From: Octopus sinensis
Lineage: Eukaryota
Reading direction: 5' to 3'
DNA: 64,000 nucleotides
NCBI RefSeq assembly: GCF_006345805.1
Contig: NC_042997.1
Span: 153,822,001 to 153,886,000, forward strand
Shown: one piece after another, positions 51,085 through 64,000 of the stretch
How the letters are laid out: the number at the start of each line of letters is the position of its first letter
How positions within the stretch are numbered: position 1 is the stretch's first letter
Notes under the pieces: model-generated
The model's input: the letters and a program-made list of their open reading frames with translations, nothing else
What the model was told of the DNA's origin: nothing
Database searches by the model: none
Made by a program: the position numbers and the translations under genes

Positions 51085-51398
51085 AAGAGCGAAAGGCCGT
51101 GAGGAACACAAACTCTGCATGGCTTTCTTTGATCTCTTCACAGTGTTTGATTTCTAAGTCATGAAGTTTTGTAGAAGTGTTCGCGAAACTTGGATACTCT
51201 TTTACTTGTTTCAGTCATTTGATTGCGGTCATGCTGGAGCACCGCCTTTAATCGAGCAACTCGACCCCGGGACTTATTCTTTTGTAAGCCAAGTGTTTAT
51301 TCTATCGGTCTCTTTTGCCGAACCGCTAAGTAACGGGGACATAAACACACCAGCATCGGTTGTCAAGCAATGCTTGGGGGACAAACACAGACACACAA

Positions 51399-51453
<55 letters not shown>

Positions 51454-52390
51454 CGATGGGCTTCTTTCAGTTTCCGTCTACCAAATCCACTCACAAGGCT
51501 ATAGTAGAAGACACTTGCCCAAGGTGCCACGTGCCACGCAGTGGGACTGAACCCGGAACCATGTGGTTGGTAAGCAAGCTACTTACCACACAGCCGCTAC
51601 TGCGCCTATAAAATGTTCATAAAAATTCTTTACAATAACAAGGATTCTGCACGGCAAAATGAAAGCCGAAGTGCTGTGTCAGTCCTACCCAACAGATTCA
51701 GTTTGAAATGAAAACTAGTTAGATAGGCGTGTGTAATTTACCCTCTGCCCTTTCTAATCTTTTCTGCGATGCTCGAGTTCACTGTGAGATATGGATACCT
51801 GTCTGGTGTTCATATCTCATATCGCACAGATGGCAAGCTATTTAGTTCTTGCAGACCCTGTGCCAGATCAAAGACCACGGCTACATGAGTAACTGAACTT
51901 CAGTAAACATATGAAGTCATAGTTATGCGATTTTAACTGAAGAACTACAGACAATTTTAGACATTGCTTCTTGCGCATATAAAAGTATGGACCTAACTCA
52001 CAACATAAATAATATAATTTTATTTGCCATAAAGGCAGTATATAGATTAGCTGCGGGCTGGACGATACTAACCCGGCTGAAACTGCTCTCTTGTAAAAAT
52101 GTCTTGTTTTCAAATATAATGGACTTGCATCAATAAGCAGCAACCAGATGCAGTCATTCGGATAGATGGCCAAAACGTCAGGTACTTCCAATATCTAGAT
52201 AGTTCCTTGTTAAAGAATGCAGAAGTTGATGAGGAGATCCAACACCAGACAAAGTGAATCAAGCATCTTGTTGATAAACAAAATAGTAGAAAGTGGCGCG
52301 AAGCAATTAACGTATTGTTTCTTTGCCGGTGAGAGAAGAAATACATTTTATTTGCCATAAAGGCAGTATACAGAGTAGCTGCGGGCTGGA
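51085..52390 (+). pseudogene. RTE-clade (BovB-like) RT remnant, split by a SINE
   Basis: AKGREEHKLCMAFFDLFTVFD; ACVIYPLPFLIFSAML; GVHISYRTDGKLF; IRIDGQNVRYFQYLDSSLLKNAEVDEEI. Confidence 0.8.
51197..51606 (-). mobile_element. SINE family A copy inside the RTE RT
   Basis: Family sequence with a small deletion and a GTGCCAC duplication. Confidence 0.92.
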
Positions 52391-52391
52391 C

Positions 52392-52610
52392 GATACTAAC
52401 CCGGCTGAAACTGCCTCTGGCTCTCTTGTAAAAATGTCTTGTTTTCAAAAGTTTTGAATTTAAATCTTCCACCAAACCTTAGTCACAATTTATGTTCCTA
52501 ACACTAGCTTAATGATAACAAAGTTATTTTACTAAATTCTTTGCTATATTTAAAATTAATTGAAAGAAACACAGAGTATCTCAAAATAAATACGGCAATG
52601 AAAGAGTTAA
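52392..52610. mobile_element. possible piggyBac-type MITE, left end missing
   Basis: Right end GAAAGAGTTAA resembles a ...AGGG|TTAA terminus; interior recalled as a common octopus repeat, not verifiable here. Confidence 0.35.
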
Positions 52611-53441
52611 TGAATGAAAATGAAATAAAATGAATAAATGAGAAACGAAACCCGACACCCACCGATTGGATTTTTCTCGAAAACATATTTTCTTGAGACA
52701 AGAAATACTCGCCATACAACAGGACTTGGGGTCCCTACATTGGCTAATACAGACATATGCGGATCTACAAAAATTAAATTTGGTAGACAATCATTCTTGG
52801 TACCGGGAAATTTCTGATGACGGTGACGAATCATATATACGGAAAAGTTACACAATGCATTTAATAACAAAAGTAATTCGAGTAGATTTTATCTACCATT
52901 ACTTCCTTTTGAGCGTAACAGATTTGACTAATGGTTTTAATATTAATTATAGACCTATAAATACTGAGATTCTAAGATAAAAGCGTTTATAGTATAAAAT
53001 TTAACATTTAGAATATTTAACGGTTGACGAGATATTTAGATGTTAGAGTAAAAGTGAAAATAAAAGGGATGTAGTAAGAAAACTGTGAGATAATAAATCA
53101 TGTATGGAGAAATACAAAAAGATATGCAATATGGCAGTGGATACCTGATATTTGTAATCAGCGTCTGTGTTCTGTCTATTTCTATGTATATTGATCAAGC
53201 TTAGTCTAGTTAGCTGAATAAATAATACTATCAAAATCATAACATATCCATTGCTTTCATTAGTCAGTTTTAAAGAATAGATCTACTCTTACGCTGCAGT
53301 TTCCAGCAACTTCAAATATTACATCTTATTAGAGGGAACGTTTTGTTTATTAATTGCATGGTCAAACTCAGTTAACGGAAGTTTTTACGACTCACTATAT
53401 TACATATGTTAGGCGCTACCATGTATAAGGAGAGCAGAACA

Positions 53442-53501
<60 letters not shown>

Positions 53502-53865
53502 TTGAGAAACATAAAGACAGGGAACGAAGAAGAGAAAAAAAAATGAAGCTTAGCAGAAGATAAAAAAGAAAGAAAGAAAAAGAAAGGAAGAAATGGTAAG
53601 AGTTAGAACATTTACTGGGCTAAGCTAGTTACAACTAGAAAAAGTTTGTTTATTAGAGAGGATTATGAAAGTGAAAAAGCCAGTGCAAAGCTTGTGATTA
53701 CATCAGTAGTTGACGGAATAGGAAGAAAAAGAGGCATTGATGTAAAAAAAAAAAATGAGAAGAAACGAATAAATATGCGAGTGTTGAAAAAGGAAGAAAG
53801 AGCAAGTTATACTAATATAAATAAAAAAAGAAGACAAGAGTACATGAGGGAGAGACAGATATACT

Positions 53866-54710
53866 TATTTCTTTATTGCCCACGCGGGGCTAAACATAGG
53901 GGAGACAAACAAGGACAGACAGACGGATTAAGTCGATTACATCGACATCAGTGCGTAACTGGTACTTATTTAATCGACCCCGAAAGGATGAAAGGCAAAG
54001 TCGACCTCGGCAGAATTTGAACTCAAAGCATAAAGACAGACGAAATACCGTAACGGATTTCGCCCGTGCTAACGGTTCATATTTCTTTATTGCCCGCTAG
54101 GGGCTAACATAGAGGGGTCAAACAAGGACAGACAAAGGAATTAAGTCGATTACATCGACCCCAGTGCGTAACTGGTACTTATTTTATCGAACTCGAAAGG
54201 AGGAAAGGCAAAGTCGACCTCGGCGGAATTTGAACTCAGAACGTAGCGGCAGACGAAATACCTATTTCTTTACTACCCACAAGGGGCTAAACACAGAGGA
54301 GACAAACAAGGACAGACAGACGGATTAAGTCCATTATATCGACCCCAGTGTGTAACTGGTACTTACTTAATCGACTCCGAAAGGATGAAAGACAAAGTCG
54401 ACCTCGGTGGAATTTGAACTCAGAATGTAACGGCAGACGAAATACCGCTAAGAATTTCGCCCGGCGTGCAAACGTTTCTTATTTCTTTATTGCCCACAAG
54501 GAGTTAAACATAGAGGGGACAAACAGGGACGGACAAAGGGATTTAGTCGATAGCATCGACCCCAGTGCGTAACTGGTACTAAATTTATCGACCCCGAAAG
54601 GATGAAAGGCAAAGTCGACCTCGGTGAAATTTGAACTCAGAACGTAGCGGCAGACGAAATACCGCTAAGAATTTAGCCCGGCGTGCTAACGTTTCTGCCA
54701 GCTCGCCGCC
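53866..54710 (-). mobile_element. SINE family B tetramer
   Basis: Four units (53866-54079, 54080-54262, 54263-54479, 54480-54710); 15-bp direct repeat GGAGAGACAGATATA at 53849-53863 and 54713-54727. Confidence 0.92.
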
Positions 54711-55332
54711 TTGGAGAGACAGATATATTGGCAGCACAGCGAAAACAGCTGATAGATACATGAACAGAATAAGGCATTAAGGCAGATAAGATTGACGTCA
54801 ATACAACTCAATAAAAACACATACCTTCCTTTCTAGCTACCGACAAATTTAAGGTATGCGTTTATCATATCGTTTGTAATTAGTACAGCTGAAATGAGAC
54901 ACAATCGTTTCTGTAATTACACTGAGATATTATCTATCTATAACGATAGCCATAAGCGCGTTCCAGAAAAATAGCAATACTAAACTGTGAGGCATATTAA
55001 AACTGCCATTTTTAATAACCTTCTATTATAATTTCTTATATTAACGTGATAACTGTTATTGTAATTATAAAGAGTTGTATTTCATGGAGCTGAACGTAGT
55101 CGTTTGGTTTGCAAGAGATAGTAACCAAATACCCTTCAAATTACACCCGTTTGCTTTAAGAGAGAGAGAGAGGGGGGAGGGAGGGAGAGAAGGAGAGAGA
55201 GGGAGAGAGAGAGGGAGAGAGAGGGAGAGAGAATAAAGAACGTACGGCATATTGTTTAACGCTGGTCATAGATATATGTCTGAAGAAAAGACAGGATGGT
55301 CACTGCTGAATTACTTTCGACTATAGGCGTAC

Positions 55333-55403
55333 TTGATGAATATAGAATTAAACAACAATAACAAGCACAACCGCTGCCACCACCACCACCACCACCACCA
55401 ACC

Positions 55404-55437
<34 letters not shown>

Positions 55438-55865
55438 GCAGCAGCAGCAATAACAACAGCCGTTCAAGAATTTGGACCTGGAGATCTCCATTCTCAGCGA
55501 CTTCGAGGGCCACCTCCCAGTGGTGTCGGGTGTCAACGAAGAGCTCTCGGCTACAACAAAACGACCAACTTTTTTTTTCCCCGCCCCTAAGCCCTAGACC
55601 ATCACCTAATCACCCTTACCAGTCTTGTTGCTTAACAACAACAACAACAACCACCGCCGCCACCACCACCAACAACAACAACAACAACTACATAACTACA
55701 ACAACCAAAACAACAGGAGAAGTAGCAATAACTACGGTGATAGCAACAACGATGGCGATAGCAACAACGATAGCAACAACGATAACGATAGCAACAACGA
55801 TAACGATAGCAACAACGATAACGATAGCAACAACGACGACGATAACGACAATAACAACAATAACA
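55333..55865. repeat. compound (CAC/AAC/CAG)n and (GATAGCAACAAC)-type repeats containing a family E retroposon at 55459-55660
   Basis: Directly visible; family E matches 28031-28243. Confidence 0.88.
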
Positions 55866-56064
55866 GTAAAAACCTTTCAAATAATACACTGAAACTCAAG
55901 TTTCTCTCTTTCCGCTCTCATCTTTCGCTTGAAGTGATACTGGATAATGAGAGCTTTATTGGAAATTTACTGAAAACAACAAAAAAAAAAAGACCTGATT
56001 TTAAAAGTTGCGATCGCACCTCATTCACTCGCTTACCACACTAAAACAATAGTAATAGTAGTTA

Positions 56065-56581
56065 CTAGCAGTATCGCCCGGCGTTGCTCGGGTTTGTAAG
56101 GGAAATAACTATATAAGCATTTTTAGAGAGTTATAGCAAAAAAATGCATTAAAAATGGAATAAATAATGATGATAATTTTTTTTTTTAATCGTTGACTCA
56201 GTGTCTTCAAGCCATGAAGTCGTTGTTCTAAAAGAACGCTGGTCTCCTTGACAACGCTTTACGATGTTGATTTCCTTACACTCCCTTCCCACAGCTTCAC
56301 GAGGGAGGGAAGAAGGGGAGAAGCAAACAGGTGCAGGTGTGACCATGGACGCCAACTCCGCCGCCATCGACACACGATCGAAAAATGCATTAAAATGAAT
56401 AAATTATTTTTAAAATCGTAGACTCATCGTTGACGCGCGCTAATACTCAGACGGGCTCGATATGAATCACGACTATAAGATACCCGAATTTGGTTAAATT
56501 GCACCGCAAAATGTGGGAGTAGTTAGGAATCTAAATCGTAGGAGACAGACACTCACACAACTACAGTTTTATATATATAGA
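56065..56581 (-). mobile_element. non-autonomous Helitron H1
   Basis: A|CTAG and hairpin at left, GA|T at right; interior matches 38732-39754 with one segment replaced. Confidence 0.9.
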
Positions 56582-56719
56582 TATTAGTTTCTCAAGATAT
56601 ACTTTTCAAAATATAAGCTTCTCGAGAAGCTGGTGAGTTTGTAGAGTTGTTAGGGTGTCTGATGAAATTCCTTGCGGTGTTTCCTTTACAACTCTCTTTT
56701 ATTAAATGTTTCTGGAGAA

Positions 56720-57470
56720 GGTGCGTGGCTTAGAGGCTAGGATATTCGGCTCACGATCGTAAGGGTGTGAGTTCGATTACCGGCGCCGCCGCGTTGTGTA
56801 ATCGTGCAAAGCACTTTATTTTACGTTGCAACAATCCACTCAGTTGTACCTGTAACTGAAGGGGTTAGCTTTGTCACATTCTATGTCGCGCTGTACCTCT
56901 CTGAAAGGAAGGCGGCGAGCTGGCAGAACCGTTAGCACCCCGGGCGAAATGCTTAGTGGTATTTCGTCTGCCGTTACGTTCTGAGTTCAAATTCCACCGT
57001 GGTCGACTTTGCCTTTCATCCGTTTGTCTGTCCTTGTTTGTCTCCTCTATGTTTAGCCCCTTGTGGGTAATAAAGAAACCGATATTATTAGTTGGCCCGG
57101 AGTTGTACTAGAAGGCATTTATCAATGGTACCATACAGTGTGACTGAACCCAAAGCCATATGACTGCGCAGCGAACTTCTTAACCACTCAATCATGCCTT
57201 TGCCTGCATGTTCTGGTCCCACGACTTGGTAGTAGAGGCTCGTGGCTTAGGGGTATTGGACTCATGATCGTAAGATTGCTGTTTCGATTCCTGAACTGAG
57301 CGTCACGTTGTGTTCTTGACGAAAACACTTCTTTTCACGTTACTCCAGTCCACTCAGCTGGTAAAAGTGAATAATACTGCGACGAACCGGCGTCCCGTCT
57401 AGGGAGGGGGTATAAACGCCATGGAAGCCGACCCTATGAGTCTATATGACTCGGGAAGGAACTCAACTTT
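56720..57470. mobile_element. cluster of SINE copies (tRNA head 56720-56900, family B 56912-57078, diverged family A head about 57100-57200, family F 57235-57470)
   Basis: A/B boxes and family-diagnostic segments visible in each. Confidence 0.75.
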
Positions 57471-58554
57471 TACTACGGCTTGACTGGGCGGTAACTTGGC
57501 AGAATAGTCTGCAAAACACCGACGGAGTCAACTTTGATTTTCATTCTTTCGGGATCGTTTAATAAAGTACTAGTCTAGTACTAGAGTCGTTTCTTTCAGT
57601 CTATCCCTGGAGATAGAAATAATATTGAAAATCCCGCATGTCACGACGGGGCCCCTTAAGATTCCATACAGAGTTGAGTGCCCAAGAAGAACTTGGCGGC
57701 TCAAGGATTACTTGATGGTACTTTATTTTATTACCTCAGAAGGTAGAAAGATAAAGCATATTAAAGTAGGGTGGTCAATTTCATCCATTGTATCCACAGC
57801 CCAAAGGTTATGTCTGGCATGCTGCTAATGTTAGCCATTCCAAAGATGAGGCTGGTAGAATGTGTAGAAGAATGGATAAAATATTTTCTGAGTTTAAATT
57901 CCACCGAGGTCGACTCTGTCCTACTTCTTTAAGGATTCGAAAAAATATGTACCGGAAAAGTGTTGAAGTTCATTAATTCGATTACTCTCCTCTTTAGAAA
58001 TGAGCAGCCGGGTTTCTTTATTAGCAAACAGTGTTTAGTTTCATCCGTATTAATTCTAAGTTCATATTGTGTTTGGAACGGATTTTGTTTTTCATACTTC
58101 CGGAATGAAGCGTCTAGATTGATCTAATCGGCTCTCGCGCCTTGCCCGATATCGTGTATCATACTTTGTAGTTGATTCTTATGTCGTCAATAAATAAATA
58201 AATAAATAAATAAATAAAAAGGCTTGAGTGGATAAACAAACATATTAATATAAGGTCAATAGGTTAGTGCACGAAATCAGTGTATGTATATATGTGTGTG
58301 TGCGTACACATATATACACATATTCTATGTAGCATCAGAATGTAAACCTCTACCGTCCTAAGTGGTTAAATAATTTAATGTCGTTAAACCACAGGACTTC
58401 CACGTGTACAGCTTTGATTGAAATAGTTGAGACACTAATTCATACAAAATATTACAATTTTCAATTTCAACATTCCATCAATTGTGTAATGGAAATGTTC
58501 TATTTGGCTACACGTGAAATGTAATTTGCTGAAGTGTAATCCACATATGTAAAA

Positions 58555-58885
58555 AGGATAAAGACCCTTTCGGTCACAAATGACCATAGGATTGCACCTG
58601 GAAAGTTCCCCTTCGCGGCACAAGCCCGGGTAAAGTTGTTTGCGGAAGACCAGCAGTTGCCCATACAAACCAGCCTCCTCTCTCCACGTCACTGATGTTG
58701 TGCAGGGGAAAGGCAAAGGCCGATACAGCTTGGCACCAGTGACGTCGCAACTCATTTCTACAGCTGAGTGAACTGGAGCAACGTGAAATAAAGTGTCTTA
58801 CCCAAGAACACAATACAGCCCGATCCGGGAATCGAACTCACTACCTCACGATTGTGAGCCCAACGCTCTAGCCACTGAACCATAT
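58555..58885 (-). mobile_element. tRNA-derived SINE (family G)
   Basis: Minus-strand head GGTTCAGTGGCTAGAGCG...GAGTTCGATTCC; homologous to 59565-59892. Confidence 0.82.
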
Positions 58886-59564
58886 GCAATCGGTAACTTA
58901 TCGGAATCGAGATACGGCAAATCGATATCTCATTCAACTAAAATGTGTCTTGTATTAAGACTTGGTCATATAATAATAGACAACGACATATTCTTCTGTT
59001 TCCTTGTCCTGGTTGAACCTGGTTGGATCAATGTATGTGTGACAGGTCACTGTATTTTCATTAGTCCAACCACCTGGTGAAAATCAACGAACAACTAAAA
59101 TTTCCCGGAAGGCCTCTACAAGTTCGAAACATTTACTTGATATCAGTTTGGAAAAAGAGTCATTGAAAATATGTGTTCAAATAGGAAATAAAACAATATT
59201 AATAAATTTTTGCTGTTTTCTAGTTTTGGAAAATACGCTTGTCTTTCGGGCAGATTACTTTGGAGCTAACAAAGGAGCCTCTAGCGCATCCCACAGCCTG
59301 CTAGAAATAACAACAAAATGCGGACAATCACATCTTAATTTCTGAAAAAATACAAAGGGCACATTGGACAATATACCAGATACACAATATACAAGTAGAT
59401 GGGATTGTCAGGGGTGGAACTCCTTTGACCATAGCTCTGCATAATTGGTGCTAATCTGGGGGCTAAACAATAACTTACATTAATTAACTATTTAAATCTT
59501 TTGTATTTGCCTGCACGTGTATTTATATGAGCATATGCATATATGTGTCTATGTGTTGAAACCC

Positions 59565-59892
59565 GCTTCGGTCATGACTGACCATGGGATTACACCTAAA
59601 AAGTTACCCTTCCAGGCACAAGTCCGGGCAAGGTTGTTTATGGAAGACCAGCAGTCGCCCATGCATACCGGCCTCCCCTCTCCACGCCACCAGTGTTATC
59701 CAAGGGAAAGGCAAAGGCCGATGCAGCTTGGCACCTGCGACGTCGCAACTCATTTCTACAGCTGAGGTGAACTGGAGCAACGTGAAATGAAGTGTCTTGC
59801 TCAAGAGCACCACACGCAGCCCGGTCCGGGATTCGAACTCATAACCTCACGATCGTGAGCTCGACGCTCCAACCACTGAGCCATGCGCCTTC
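59565..59892 (-). mobile_element. tRNA-derived SINE (family G)
   Basis: GAAGGCGCATGGCTCAGTGGTTGGAGCG...GAGTTCGAATCCC. Confidence 0.85.
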
Positions 59893-59987
59893 CACACACA
59901 CACACCACACACACAGAGGACGTATACACACACACACACATATATATATATAATATATAATATATATATATATATGTGTGTGTATGT

Positions 59988-60021
<34 letters not shown>

Positions 60022-60048
60022 CTATATATATGTATGTATGTATGTATG

Positions 60049-60087
<39 letters not shown>

Positions 60088-60090
<3 letters not shown>

Positions 60091-60320
60091 TATTTCTTAC
60101 TACTCACAAGGGACTAAACATAGAGGGGACAAACAAGGACAGACAAAGGATTAATTAGATTACATGGATCCCAGTGCGAAACTGGTACTTTATTTATCGA
60201 CCCCGAAAGGATGAAAGGCAAAGTCGACTCGGCGGAATTTGAACTCAGAACGTAACGACAGACGAAATGAACTCAGAACGTACGACAGACGAAATACCGC
60301 TACATTTCGCGCCCGGCGCA
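60088..60320 (-). mobile_element. SINE family B copy with an internal duplication of about 28 bp
   Basis: AACTCAGAACGTA(A)CGACAGACGAAAT repeated. Confidence 0.8.
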
Positions 60321-60361
60321 CTATATATATATATGTTGAGAGAGAGAGAGAGAGAGAGGAG

Positions 60362-60400
<39 letters not shown>

Positions 60401-60689
60401 AGAGGAGAGAGAGAAAGACGAGAGAGAGATACATACATAAATACACACACAATCACACACAGAGAGGAATTACACATTAATTACACATACAGAAAGGTTA
60501 AAGGAACTAAATATGATTGTATTGTAAACATAGCTTGTCTTATAAACAGGCTGTATTTAAGTATTTGGGGGATTGGAACAGACCACAAACTGATATAGGA
60601 AGTGAGTAAAAGCATAAAGAATTTAGTGAGTAAAAGGAACCAACCACATAAAATATATGCATGCGGATATGTATATCTATATGTTTATT

Positions 60690-60895
60690 ATTAGTTAGTC
60701 CGTCGTTGTCAACGATGCCAAAGGACATCACATGAGAGAAAAAGGCGGGGCATTGGTGTGTTCGGCTGTGCCCTGCCGCAGGTCGTGTATTGGTGGTCTG
60801 CTGGGACGGAAGGCAAGGCGTTGGCACCGGATTTGCGTTGTTCGCGTTGTCTTCGTGCTCCTGCAATCCTGTTATGTTCGTAGGAGGTGCTTATA
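60690..60895 (-). pseudogene. RTE-clade LINE 3' terminus
   Basis: SYEHNRIAGARRQREQRK...TTCGRA / HSRTHQ (C-terminal Zn-finger-like), then ...CATCGTTGACAACGACGGAC and a short TAA tail. Confidence 0.6.
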
Positions 60896-62588
60896 AATAT
60901 TTATAAACCTCACGGATCCGGTATTGTTGATTCATGGGCACATTTAAGGGAAATTTGGCAACTGTTTCTAGCAGATCGAACGACTGCAAAAAGGACTTCC
61001 TGTAATACTCACAGACAACGAATTATTTTTTAGATATATAGTTTGTATAGCTGAAGGTGTTTCAGACTATAACGCATATTCAAGAGATATTTATCAACTA
61101 TTTATAGCAGAGTCACATTAATCAATGATACTTTTAGGTTCCGTCCTCCAGGGATCGACAAATAAAGTATCAGTTAAGAGCGATAAAGTAACAGAATCGT
61201 TATAGCGTCAGATAGGATGCTTTGCAATATTTTTTCTTTTGATCTTTGCGCTCCAAGTTTAAACTCCGCCGTGATCCACTTGAATAGTAGATTTAATATA
61301 CAGTTTAACAGCACCACGTAGTCCTTTGTTGCCTTTAGCTGAATCCACTCTATTGCAAACATTTGAGTTGAGACTAACATTTGAAGACAGCTTCTTCCCC
61401 CACCCATCACCATTTTCAGTGAGGCTTAGAAAGAGTCATAGGCGTTGATTTACTCCTTGACTTAGCATTAAAAAAGAAATCTAGCAATAATCCCCTTAAT
61501 ATATAGATATATCTGGGTTTATATCTCTCGGTCCTTTCTCTGCGATATGTCCGTCTCTCTTCGTCTGCTTATAAATGTGTGTTTGAGAGAGTTGTGATTG
61601 GGTTTTCCGATTTAAGCATAATGTGCCGAAGCAACAGCTAGTCACTTGTTCACTAGGGACAAATTACTAAGGTTGAATCCAACTTGAAAACTAGAAAATT
61701 TAAATCAAAAGACAAAAGAAGAAAAACACCGAGTAAAAAATTTCAGTTATCTCTCTCTTTCACACATTACTCTCTCTGTCTCTTCACACACACTAACAGA
61801 AGCACTTCAATACACAACATACTTTCTGTCTCCCACACCCCATCAAACACACACACACACACACACACACATGTACATCAATGCTTCCCCTGGACGGTAA
61901 CTTCAAAAGAACTTCCCTCGTCATAAAATCGCTTTCTCTTAGTCTCTTTCGCTCTCATTACTTCAAAAGTTCCCGCAAGCCCATATGTAAAAAAAAAAGA
62001 AGTTTTTTACGGAAATCGACGGAAAGGTCTACTAGAGACGAAAGATTGCCGATGAAAAAAAAAAAACAATGCTTATAGCGTGTTAATGATTTAAAGAGCA
62101 TATAATTCATTTATAGAAAGAAAAAAAACTTCACAGATATTTGTTCAAAATTGCAGAACTTATTCCTTCGTTCAAGCAGGGATGTCGTGGACAAAGCATC
62201 GCTCGCACCACACTGTCGTCGTAGTTTCTTCTTTGCCAGTATCCATCGGCCATCAAATAGTCTCTGTACTAACTGAACGATGGATAGGATCCATAGTGTT
62301 TTACTAAATAGTATACATTGTAAGGATAAATCTTAGCTACAACACTTCGTATATCGTTTGAGGATAAAACAAACCTACAGATGTAACATGATTGGGAACG
62401 CATGAAGGGATAAGGCAGTGCACAAAGGGATCTATCGTCTTGTCAGCTTATCCGTTAGACCGAAGGATTTTTGAGAAATAGAGTCTTTCCTTTGATGGAG
62501 TCATCTTATTCCAACAGAGCTCCAGACAATAAGGCATCATCCATTTAGGGACTCGAGTGACAACAGGGTATTCACCTTTTAATTAACA

Positions 62589-62800
62589 CTAGTAGTATAA
62601 CCCAGCCTTGCCCGGGATTAAGTTACGATTATTAAGCTAATCAAGTTCTTTATTTCAAATCAAACTAAGTAATATAGACGTCAAATTTGGGCGAAATCCG
62701 TTGAAATTAGTTATATTATATATATATAATATAATATAAATATATATGGGCAACAAACACGAACACACATACACCCACGTACGTACGTACACCTATTGCA
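62589..62800 (-). mobile_element. probable non-autonomous Helitron 3' end
   Basis: A|CTAG followed by imperfect hairpin CCCAGCCTTGCCCGGG; 5' end not defined. Confidence 0.45.
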
Positions 62801-63686
62801 TATTTTGTGCATGCATACATATTCATAAACAGAAATGAATGGAAAAAATGTTAAATTTGTAGATTAAACCTCGCACAATTTTCACTAAGAAAAAAAATCA
62901 TTTTTTTTTTTTTGCATGGAATCAACTACTCTGGCCTCAAAACCCTTTTTGTGGTCCGTGAAACGGAGTGGGGTGTGGTGGAAGCCTCGCAAATTGCATC
63001 CATTTATATTGTGCAATTCACCGACAAATTGTTACTCACCTCTTTGTTTCTTTGTTGTTAAATAAATGGATTGTCAACAAAACACTTTTTTACTCGGCGT
63101 AAAATAAAAACAAAACTCTTTCGCACCCAAAGTAATGTGTGTGTGAGAGAGAGGGGGGAGAAAGATGCACGATTTAAAATAAATGATTTACAATAAATAT
63201 ATTGTAATTGTTGTGTGAGAAAGTATATATACTATGATTATAAAATATAGTGTGCCTTTCAAAAACAAAAAACAAAATATTTTACATTTTATTTTTTATG
63301 AACGTAGTCACTTACTCTCCCTCTCTCACTTTGTCTTTCTCGTGAAACTCTCTGCCTCCTTAATCCACTTTCCTTTATCTAATTTTTTTTGTTAGACGCC
63401 ATCAAAAAGCAATGGCTGGTATTTGTTATGGTTAAAAGCAATGGTTGAAAATAGATTTTTATCCTATCCGCGGGTGCCTCGGGAAAAATATAATGTTGAC
63501 AAATGTCCTCCTAAAATTTGAGCGACATGCGTGCTAATTTGTGGACGTGCATAAATTACAATTACGTACACACACACACGCACACACATCCTCCCTTTTA
63601 TAGATATGATGTCAACGAATTTCTGTAGTAATGAAAGCTCTGAAAAATCTTAGTTTCATTACTGCAGTACAAATTCTGTGTGTGTA

Positions 63687-63719
<33 letters not shown>

Positions 63720-64000
63720 ATGTGTGTGTCGGGGTCAATTAGAAGCATTATAGACTTCCGTGCAAATTAACGCTCTGCGCCCGATAGTATATATTCGTTG
63801 ACAACAAGCCGCAGAATACGTAGTTCATAAATGGACTCTACATCCATGGAGATCCGGGTAACTACCCAGTGTGCCTACCTACACCTGAAGACGACACTGG
63901 TGTGTGTGTGTGTGTGTGTGTGTGTGTGCACTTCTGTATGTATATAGATAAAGTATGACCGAATGGTTAGGAAGTTCGATTGACAATCACGAGCTCCCGG

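Noticed and set aside
60540-60866. GC-rich ORF as a host exon
   Set aside because: Better explained as an RTE 3' terminus (Zn-finger-like remnant plus typical 3' UTR).
62160-62560. Degraded LINE post-RT segment; also a YWKLN L1-like fragment near 16100-16200
   Set aside because: Single weak motifs only; too decayed to annotate with confidence.

Overview
AT-rich, microsatellite-dense metazoan DNA, intergenic or intronic. I could not identify any host protein-coding exon, tRNA gene or rRNA gene. The SINE repertoire and microsatellite load look like a coleoid cephalopod (octopus-type) genome; this is pattern recognition, not a database result. Nearly all interpretable sequence is transposon-derived. 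SINEs: about 11 young copies of a bipartite tRNA/CORE-type family, a second (Meta-like) family forming head-to-tail multimers, and V-like and other tRNA-headed families. LINE remnants: R4/Dong (5 pieces), CRE, RTE (3), CR1 and L1/Tx1. DNA transposons: two Tc1 elements (DD34E and DD36E-type), a Tigger/pogo (DD36D), a mariner MITE, a hAT-type MITE and non-autonomous Helitrons, including a head-to-tail dimer. There are also (TA)n-anchored, probably Penelope-derived repeats. Most ORFs in the supplied track are translations of microsatellites or SINEs. The strongest leads are: stereotyped SINE multimers inside a single 15-bp TSD; a compensatorily covarying 3' hairpin shared by SINE and LINE-like ends; several retroelements sitting in specific microsatellites; candidate degenerate HDV-like and hammerhead-like ribozymes; and a 268-bp fold-back inside a Dong LINE. 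All alignments, translations and folds were done by eye.
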